The translations under genes were made by a program, and so were the position numbers. The notes beneath the pieces were generated by a model. It did no database searches. It was not told the DNA's origin and saw only the letters and a program-made list of their open reading frames with translations. Below, piece after piece: positions 57,512-64,000 of a stretch of DNA of 64,000 bases. The DNA is from a virus (lineage: Duplodnaviria > Caudoviricetes), in the IMG/VR virus record IMGVR_UViG_3300033067_000724, positions 2,439 to 66,438 of that record. One strand, written 5' to 3'. The stretch's first letter is position 1, and every line of letters starts with the position of its first letter.

Positions 57512-58505
57512 AGCCGATTGGATTGTAGGAGAACTAACCAGAAAGAGTGGCGAACGTCCTTTGGTTGTGCTAATGACTAGCACTCACCCAATGACTGACC
57601 GTAATCTATGCAAAACTGGTCATCAATTTTATAACTTAGATTTACCACAATTCCCTATTAAGTGGCAAAACGAAGGTGGCGTTCCAGAGAATATGCATAT
57701 TATACATAGTCTTGATGAACTTCCATGTCGTCCTGATATAATTATAAGTCAGAATATAGTTGACCAATTCTCTCATTGGATGAATATCTCTAGATTATTT
57801 GACTGTCCAGTTTTATGTTTTGAACATACCCTTCCCACTCAAGAGTGGATGGCAATGGATATTCCTAATAAACTAAAGAATGATTTAGCACTCTTTGAAA
57901 GAGTTTTCATTACAGATTATTCAAAATCAGAGTGGCAATGCGGAGAGTTGAAAAATGCTCACACAATCTATCACATGATAGACACAAAGAAATATGATGG
58001 ATGGCTAGGTGGTAATGGTCGCGCAGCAGTTGTTGTTAATGCATTTGCTGGTAGACAATGGGCTGTAGGAGACGTAGAAGGACTACTTACTCTTGATGGT
58101 GGAAAACGAATTGACCTATTTGGTAATAACCCTGGTTTTAAGAGTCAACCACTTTCGCAGCAGCAAGTTATTAGCACACTACAAGACTATGATGTATTTG
58201 TTAATACTTCGCTACGCTCTCCAATTCCAGCCTCGCTACTAGAAGCGGCAGCAGTCGGTATACCGATTGTAACAACAGCAACATGTGCAATTCCTGAATT
58301 CTTCAAAGATGGAATTAACTGCCTAACATTCTCAACCTTTGAAGAGTGTTTGTCACAAGTTGATAGACTACTTGCTGATAAGCAATTACGCAAAACAATC
58401 GGACAAGCCGGTCGTGCAACGATAATTGAGAAGTTTAATGAGCAACGATATGTTGCCGATTGGAATAAGGTGTTCCAAGCAACTAAGGACTCTTACAATG
58501 GGTAA
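57498..58505 (+). CDS. GT-B (GT4-like) glycosyltransferase
   Basis: YDVFVNTS...SLLEAAAVGIPIV...GINC...IGQAGR.TI.EKF. Confidence 0.88.
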   Translation: MAKSRADWIVGELTRKSGERPLVVLMTSTHPMTDRNLCKTGHQFYNLDLPQFPIKWQNEGGVPENMHIIHSLDELPCRPDIIISQNIVDQFSHWMNISRLFDCPVLCFEHTLPTQEWMAMDIPNKLKNDLALFERVFITDYSKSEWQCGELKNAHTIYHMIDTKKYDGWLGGNGRAAVVVNAFAGRQWAVGDVEGLLTLDGGKRIDLFGNNPGFKSQPLSQQQVISTLQDYDVFVNTSLRSPIPASLLEAAAVGIPIVTTATCAIPEFFKDGINCLTFSTFEECLSQVDRLLADKQLRKTIGQAGRATIIEKFNEQRYVADWNKVFQATKDSYNG

Positions 58506-59295
58506 ACGCATAGCGGTCATTACGCCATGCTATAATGTTCATGAAGACCTTATTCATAGACATTTTTATTCAATACAAAGACAAGAAATTGTAAAAGATA
58601 TAATCCACATTGTTGTAGACGATTGTTCAACCAAGGCCGACACTCGTTCGGCCTTGCTTTATAACTGCGATAATCACAAAGACTACACAATGCTTGTTGC
58701 CCGTAAGGAGAATGGCGGTCCTGGCGCGGCAAGAAACAAGGCAATTGAGATATTAGAAAAATATCATTCTAAGCACCCAATTGACTATGTTTGCTTATTA
58801 GACGCAGATGATTACCTAGAAGATGACTCACTACAACTTAGGAGAAGTGTTCTCGACGAAACTGATGTTATAGCAGTATATGGTAATAAATTTAACGCCA
58901 AATATAAAATGGCAGAAGATGAATTAGATGGTAAAATGATATTTGCAGAAGTATCTAAAACCCTAGAGTATGTTGCAGACTTTGACAAGGCTAGACTTTT
59001 CAGAGAATGTTATATCCCATCATGTTCAGTAATGTTCAGATGGAAACCATTTATTACATATATAAAGTCATTTCGCGAGGATGTTAGACTATGTGAAGAT
59101 TGGTTAGTCTGGCGTAAACTCTCACTACTTGGGAGATTCAAAAAGATTAATGTTCCAATCTATACACAAACACTACATGGTGAAAATCTTACCACTAATC
59201 CAAATGTATTACGTAATCACTTAAAAGATATGGTAGTAACAAAGGCAGATTTAGACCAATGGATACAAGATAACATGGGGCACATTACATTATGA
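58498..59295 (+). CDS. GT-A (GT2) glycosyltransferase
   Basis: VITPCYN, VVDDCST, NGGPGAARN, LLDADD, EDW. Confidence 0.92.
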   Translation: MGKRIAVITPCYNVHEDLIHRHFYSIQRQEIVKDIIHIVVDDCSTKADTRSALLYNCDNHKDYTMLVARKENGGPGAARNKAIEILEKYHSKHPIDYVCLLDADDYLEDDSLQLRRSVLDETDVIAVYGNKFNAKYKMAEDELDGKMIFAEVSKTLEYVADFDKARLFRECYIPSCSVMFRWKPFITYIKSFREDVRLCEDWLVWRKLSLLGRFKKINVPIYTQTLHGENLTTNPNVLRNHLKDMVVTKADLDQWIQDNMGHITL

Positions 59296-59987
59296 TAATT
59301 CCGAATTTAACCATTCATATGATGGTCAAAAATGAAGAAAGATACATTAGGCAAACGCTTGAGTCTGTATTACCATATGTTGACGAAGCGGTTATTACTG
59401 ATACAGGCTCAACAGACAAAACAAAAGAATATATTTCTGTACTTAGAGATAAATATGAGACTACCTGTTATATGTCTTTTCTTGAAAGACCTGTAGTTAA
59501 GGATTCTATACATTGGAATGGAAACCATTTAAGTAAAGAATTAACAGATATTAGAAATGAAATGTTTGAATTCACAGGAACTGACTGGGTTTGGCAAGTA
59601 GATGGTGATGAAATATACACACCTTCTGCAATAGAAGATATTAGATTAGCCATGACTATGTTGGAAAATAAAAAATATAAAGGAATACAAGTACCAATTA
59701 AGTGGTGTATTTCTGATTCACAGTATATATTACCTGGACCATTTCCAAAAACATTAAGAATATTTCAAAACGCCAATAAACATTATGGTAAATGGGTTGG
59801 TGAATTCCCAAATGAATTCTTTTATGTAGATGGAGTTCCAATAACTATGCATGACCCAAGATGTTTTACCACAAGTAATCCTTTTATGCATATGTCAATC
59901 GCTCTTCATCCTGAGCGACGACCAGCAAATGGTATAGTAAAAGATTTAACAAAAGACGAGGAGCGAAGACTATGTTTGAATATCTAA
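59292..59987 (+). CDS. GT-A (GT2) glycosyltransferase
   Basis: MMVKNEE, DTGSTDKT, IRN...DWVWQVDGDE. Confidence 0.88.
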   Translation: MIIPNLTIHMMVKNEERYIRQTLESVLPYVDEAVITDTGSTDKTKEYISVLRDKYETTCYMSFLERPVVKDSIHWNGNHLSKELTDIRNEMFEFTGTDWVWQVDGDEIYTPSAIEDIRLAMTMLENKKYKGIQVPIKWCISDSQYILPGPFPKTLRIFQNANKHYGKWVGEFPNEFFYVDGVPITMHDPRCFTTSNPFMHMSIALHPERRPANGIVKDLTKDEERRLCLNI

Positions 59988-61024
59988 AAGGTAAAAGAGT
60001 ATTAGTTACAGGTGGTTGTGGAACAGTAGGTCACGAACTGGCAAAACAATTAGTTATTGCTGGTGTTGAGGCACATGCTGTTTTCTCACGTAATGAAGCG
60101 GCGCAGTTTAAACTTAAGCAAATTTATCCTCATATTTTATGCTATTGGGGTGACGTTAGGGTTAGACATGAGTTAGATAAAGTGTTTTTAGACTTCAAAC
60201 CAGATGTTGTAATTCACGCAGCAGCGGTTAAAGTTGTGCCTGTGGCTGAACGTGAAATGTTAAATACATTCGAGATTAATGCACTTGGTACTTATAACGT
60301 AGCGATGGCATGTATTGACCACGGTGTTGAAGTTGCATGCACCATTGGAACTGACAAACAATGCGCGCCAGTTAACGTATACGGCATGACAAAGCATATT
60401 GCCACTTCTATTTTCGCAGATGCTAATAGAATTGGTAAGACAAGGTTCGTGTCTAGCAGATACGGCAACGTTCTCTGCTCACGTAGTAGTCTTGGTGTTA
60501 TTATTATGGACCAAGCAATGAAGGGTCAAGACCTAACAGTAACAGACCCAACAATGACAAGGTTCTTCTTCACAATTCAAGAGGGTGTGTCGCTTATTGA
60601 TATATCGCTTAAACATGCTTATAACACATTAGGCGCAAGGCATTATGGAGAAACATTCTCCACGCAGATGTGTGCTGTGCAATTAGCGGATTTATTTGAA
60701 ACAGTTGCAGATACCTTTGGAGTAAAGGTTAAAGTAATTGGTAGACGCCCAGGTGAAAAGACACATGAAAGCCTAATGGCTGACTATGAATTAGCAGATA
60801 CCATTATGCTTACAGATGATGCATATAGACCACATTATGCTCCACAGCATTTATTAAACCAATATTGCACAACTCCACATTTCAAAGAGTCTAAAATCTT
60901 CGACTTTAATGCCGACTATACCCAGCCTCTTACAGTATTCTCTAGTGACATGGCGCCGCGTTTGACTAAACCTGAGATTTCAGATATATTGTCATTCGCA
61001 TATCAAAACACATGGAAGGATTAA
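59972..61024 (+). CDS. Polysaccharide-biosynthesis dehydratase (UDP-GlcNAc 4,6-dehydratase PseB/CapD-like)
   Basis: VTGGCGTVG, GDVR, IHAAAVKVVP..E, TDK...PVNVYGMTK, RYGNVLCSRSS, TDPTMTRFF, RPGEKTHE. Confidence 0.9.
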   Translation: MFEYLKGKRVLVTGGCGTVGHELAKQLVIAGVEAHAVFSRNEAAQFKLKQIYPHILCYWGDVRVRHELDKVFLDFKPDVVIHAAAVKVVPVAEREMLNTFEINALGTYNVAMACIDHGVEVACTIGTDKQCAPVNVYGMTKHIATSIFADANRIGKTRFVSSRYGNVLCSRSSLGVIIMDQAMKGQDLTVTDPTMTRFFFTIQEGVSLIDISLKHAYNTLGARHYGETFSTQMCAVQLADLFETVADTFGVKVKVIGRRPGEKTHESLMADYELADTIMLTDDAYRPHYAPQHLLNQYCTTPHFKESKIFDFNADYTQPLTVFSSDMAPRLTKPEISDILSFAYQNTWKD

Positions 61025-61026
61025 AT

Positions 61027-61260
61027 ATGTTTGGAAATAAAAAGATTTTAGCAGAAATTAATAAACTTAAAACAGAAATAAATCAAGCACCTAGTAGAAT
61101 GGATTTATTAGAAATGTTCAAAGAAGTTGGCAGGGTTGGACCTGTAACACATTATTATTATGAGCATAATCAAAGTGGTGTAGAACAAATACGCACTATA
61201 TCAGAATATATTGATTTTAGTACAATTGATATTCCACTTGCTAGTGGTGGAAGGTTCTAA
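61027..61260 (+). CDS. Hypothetical protein
   Basis: ATG 61027, GGAAGG SD. Confidence 0.55.
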   Translation: MFGNKKILAEINKLKTEINQAPSRMDLLEMFKEVGRVGPVTHYYYEHNQSGVEQIRTISEYIDFSTIDIPLASGGRF

Positions 61261-61262
61261 TA

Positions 61263-61463
61263 ATGTTCACTATTCAACCATTTATCGACAATGTAGAAAC
61301 CAAAGCAATTGAGCAATTAGACGAGCAACAGACTCAGTTTATTATTTCACAATGGCTTTCAGTTGGCTATCAAAAGAAGGGCGATAATGGGGTTTCAACC
61401 CTTTATCCTCCACACCGTATTACACATATTCAAATTGTTGAAAGTAAATTGGTAACACTCTAA
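61263..61463 (+). CDS. Hypothetical protein
   Basis: GGAAGG SD; packed ORF. Confidence 0.6.
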   Translation: MFTIQPFIDNVETKAIEQLDEQQTQFIISQWLSVGYQKKGDNGVSTLYPPHRITHIQIVESKLVTL

Positions 61464-61464
61464 A

Positions 61465-62442
61465 ATGAAAATTGGCCTAACAATCCCTGGTGCTGGTGCT
61501 GGCAAATGGTGTTGGACAGGTTGGTCTAATGCCTTTAAAGCATTGGGTCACGAAGTACAAGACCTTAGTTTTTCACCGCACTATATTCATGGGTTTAAAC
61601 CCGACCTACTTATAAACTCAACAAGTAGTCCTTGTGATGACTTCCTACTTTGGAGAAAAAATAATCCAGAAGCAAAAGTCGCCATGAATGTATTAGCATG
61701 GACTAATCGTGATGTTTACGGGATTAATAACCCCGGTGTGCAAGCAACTCCAAATAACGTTCAATACGCCAAGGATATGAAGGCCGACATTGTGTTTGCT
61801 CAATATTCAAAAGCATACAGAATTTGGTTATTGGAGAAGTGGGCAAATGAAGGATTTAAGTTAGGTTCAATGGAAATGGCTGCAGACTCTACAGTATATG
61901 AAACATCAGAAAATTCATATATGGGTATGCAGCCTTATCAAATGGTCTATGTTGGCGGATATTGGGCATATAAGGGACAGACTATAGATAAGTGGTTAAT
62001 GCCCGTGCTGAAGAAGTATAGTGATAAACTCCTCCTAGTTGGCAAAGGATGGCCTTTAAAGACAACTCAAATTAATAATGAGGGACAGATTGGGTACTAC
62101 TTCAAAGCAAGTCGAGTATGTCCAAATATGCATGAGCCTCACTCGACATATGGTGGGTATGATGTTGTAGAAAGGGTATTTAAGACTATGTATTGTGGTG
62201 GTCTATGCATAAGTGACCACGTACAAGAGATGGTTGATGGATTTGCATTTAAGCCAGGCACACATTTACTTACTGCCTCAAATCCTGAGGAATATGCTGA
62301 AAAAATTGATTGGGCAATGACGCACCCTATAGCATTTGATAAAATGCGTTTAGAGGGTCAAGAATTTGTAAAGAAAAATCATACATACATTCATCGTGCC
62401 CAAAAACTATTGGGAGATATAGCGGCACATTGGGAGAAATAA
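61465..62442 (+). CDS. CgeB-like (GT-B) glycosyltransferase
   Basis: YVGGY...GKGW...YFKASRVCPNMHE...ERVFKTMYCGGLCISD...GQEFVKKNHTYIHRA. Confidence 0.82.
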   Translation: MKIGLTIPGAGAGKWCWTGWSNAFKALGHEVQDLSFSPHYIHGFKPDLLINSTSSPCDDFLLWRKNNPEAKVAMNVLAWTNRDVYGINNPGVQATPNNVQYAKDMKADIVFAQYSKAYRIWLLEKWANEGFKLGSMEMAADSTVYETSENSYMGMQPYQMVYVGGYWAYKGQTIDKWLMPVLKKYSDKLLLVGKGWPLKTTQINNEGQIGYYFKASRVCPNMHEPHSTYGGYDVVERVFKTMYCGGLCISDHVQEMVDGFAFKPGTHLLTASNPEEYAEKIDWAMTHPIAFDKMRLEGQEFVKKNHTYIHRAQKLLGDIAAHWEK

Positions 62443-63333
62443 ATGTTAAACGTTGTTTCGCTATTTGATGGTATTGGTGGCGCAAGAGTTGCATTAGATA
62501 GATTGAATATTCCATGTAACTATTTTGCAAGTGAAATTGACCAACATGCTATTAAAGTGCATTTAAAGAATTATCCTAATACAATTGGACTAGGAAATGT
62601 TAAAGACCTTAAAGGTTCTTTTTTTACACAACCAGTTGACTTACTAATTGGCGGTTCTCCATGTCAGGATTTAAGCCGTGGCGGCAATAAGACTGGCCTA
62701 TCTGGACAACGTTCTGGATTGTTCTTTGAGTATTTAAGATTATTAAAAGAAATTAAGCCAAAGTATTTCTTATTAGAGAATGTCAAAAGCATGAAGAAGT
62801 CTCACCAAGATGAGATTTCTCAATATATGGGTTGTGACCCTTATATCATTAATGCATCTAATTTTACTGCTCAAAATCGCACAAGGTGTTATTGGACAAA
62901 TATTGTTCCTGCTGATATTCTTCCATGTAATGATTTGAGAGTAAAAGATATTTGGGATTATAACCAACCAATTCAAACTAATCAATGGTTGCCAATTTCC
63001 TCTAAAAGAGCGAAGAATCAACATGGTATGATGCTATTAGGTTATCTACCTTGTTCTAATCATGCTGGCCCTCCTCTTCCAAGAGAATTAGTATTTTCAA
63101 TTGAAGGTAAGGCTCGCGCAGTATCTACCGCGCCATCACAATTTCCATTATATGCTGAAAAAGTTAATGGCGTTGGATTTAGCACTAGAATACTAACACC
63201 AGATGAGTGTGAAAGACTTCAAGGTTTACCTGGTGGTTATACATATGGGGCGTCTGACCTACAACGTTATAAAATGATTGGTAATGGGTTTTGTGTGCCA
63301 GTTATTGAGTATATCTTAAAAGGAATGAAGTAA
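62443..63333 (+). CDS. dcm: DNA (cytosine-5) methyltransferase
   Basis: SLFDGIGG, SEID, GGSPCQ, LLENV, QNRTRCYW, RLQGLP, YKMIGNG. Confidence 0.93.
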   Translation: MLNVVSLFDGIGGARVALDRLNIPCNYFASEIDQHAIKVHLKNYPNTIGLGNVKDLKGSFFTQPVDLLIGGSPCQDLSRGGNKTGLSGQRSGLFFEYLRLLKEIKPKYFLLENVKSMKKSHQDEISQYMGCDPYIINASNFTAQNRTRCYWTNIVPADILPCNDLRVKDIWDYNQPIQTNQWLPISSKRAKNQHGMMLLGYLPCSNHAGPPLPRELVFSIEGKARAVSTAPSQFPLYAEKVNGVGFSTRILTPDECERLQGLPGGYTYGASDLQRYKMIGNGFCVPVIEYILKGMK

Positions 63334-64000
63334 TGAAGTATATTGTAACAGGTGGACTAGGATTTATTGGTAGCGAAATTGTAAGAGTTCTTTTAGATAA
63401 ATCAAAATATCCAGAAACTGAATCTGTAAAAATCATTGATGACAATTCTAAGGGTTATGGTATTTCTAAGTTAACAGAAGTAATTGCTGACCACAGATTA
63501 GAAATTCTATATTATGACATTAGTGCCCCACAACCAGGGGGACTTATTGATGGACGAAGATTGGGTGTTCTAACAAAATTATTTGAAGAGGCTGACCACG
63601 TTATTAATTGTGCTGCGAAGATTGGTGGTATCGGATACTTTAATAAGATTCCAGCAACAATTCTGCGCGATAACAATTTAATCTTATCAAATATTTTAGA
63701 TACCATTGTATCATTACCTCACAAACAACGCCCACACTTAACTAATATGTCATCTTCAATGGTGTTTGAATCTGCGACAGAGTTTCCATCAAAAGAGTCA
63801 GATGTTAATAACATTATTGTACCAATAACAGCATATGGATTTTCTAAACTTTCTGGAGAGTATTACTGTAAGGCTTTCGCTAAACAATATGATGTTCGCT
63901 ATACAATAGTTCGCCCATTCAACGCAGTTGGTCCTGAAAAGCCAGACCCTAACTTTGTTGGCTACTCACACGTTCTACCTGACTTCGTGTGCAAGATTAA
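63333..64000 (+). CDS. NAD-dependent nucleotide-sugar epimerase/dehydratase (extended SDR), partial
   Basis: Translated by hand: VTGGLGFIG, CAAKIGGIG, SSSMVFE, YGFSK (YxxxK), RPFNAVGP; open at right edge. Confidence 0.9.
   Translation, partial: MKYIVTGGLGFIGSEIVRVLLDKSKYPETESVKIIDDNSKGYGISKLTEVIADHRLEILYYDISAPQPGGLIDGRRLGVLTKLFEEADHVINCAAKIGGIGYFNKIPATILRDNNLILSNILDTIVSLPHKQRPHLTNMSSSMVFESATEFPSKESDVNNIIVPITAYGFSKLSGEYYCKAFAKQYDVRYTIVRPFNAVGPEKPDPNFVGYSHVLPDFVCKI

Noticed and set aside
2100-64000. Alternative genetic code (stop-codon reassignment)
   Set aside because: Standard-code ORFs tile the region with coupled starts and stops; TAG and TGA both end real genes (e.g. 4041, 40579, 43650); conserved proteins are full length.

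Overview
The window is almost entirely a large tailed dsDNA phage genome segment (Caudoviricetes). It looks siphovirus-like: there is a tail tube gene and a 1680-aa tape measure gene, but no recognisable sheath gene. Positions 1-~1800 are a very GC-rich block (60-bp samples 63-78% GC) with three minus-strand genes, including a solo LuxR-type HTH. This block also holds a terminator, recurrent palindromic motifs and a 25-run GGG tandem array. From ~2100 the sequence is ~40% GC, densely packed and read on the + strand. The order is: sigma-like factor, putative small terminase, DHFR, ERCC4 nuclease, large terminase, portal, protease/scaffold, decoration protein, major capsid, neck and tail genes, tape measure, and tail-tip/LamG-PKD/fibre-like genes (to ~40.6 kb). 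A replication module follows (RecA, DnaB, DnaG, dNMP kinase, Cas4/AddB-like nuclease, DnaE-type Pol III alpha, SSB, second sigma factor). The window ends in a cluster of six glycosyltransferases, two nucleotide-sugar enzymes and a C5-cytosine methyltransferase that runs off the right edge. Six AT-rich free-standing HNH/His-Me endonuclease genes are interspersed. A conserved GTGTATAATA motif precedes late genes. The most interesting lead is a strong, composition-independent excess of Ser-Gly dipeptides in predicted outer virion proteins, in a genome that encodes its own glycosylation cluster; this may indicate sequon-directed virion O-glycosylation. Other leads are a switch-like anti-Shine-Dalgarno leader at 30.5 kb and an operator/G-quadruplex-rich junction upstream of the packaging genes. 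All product calls come from motif recognition by eye, not database searches. No CRISPR array, tRNA, intron, intein, integrase or lysis gene was recognised.
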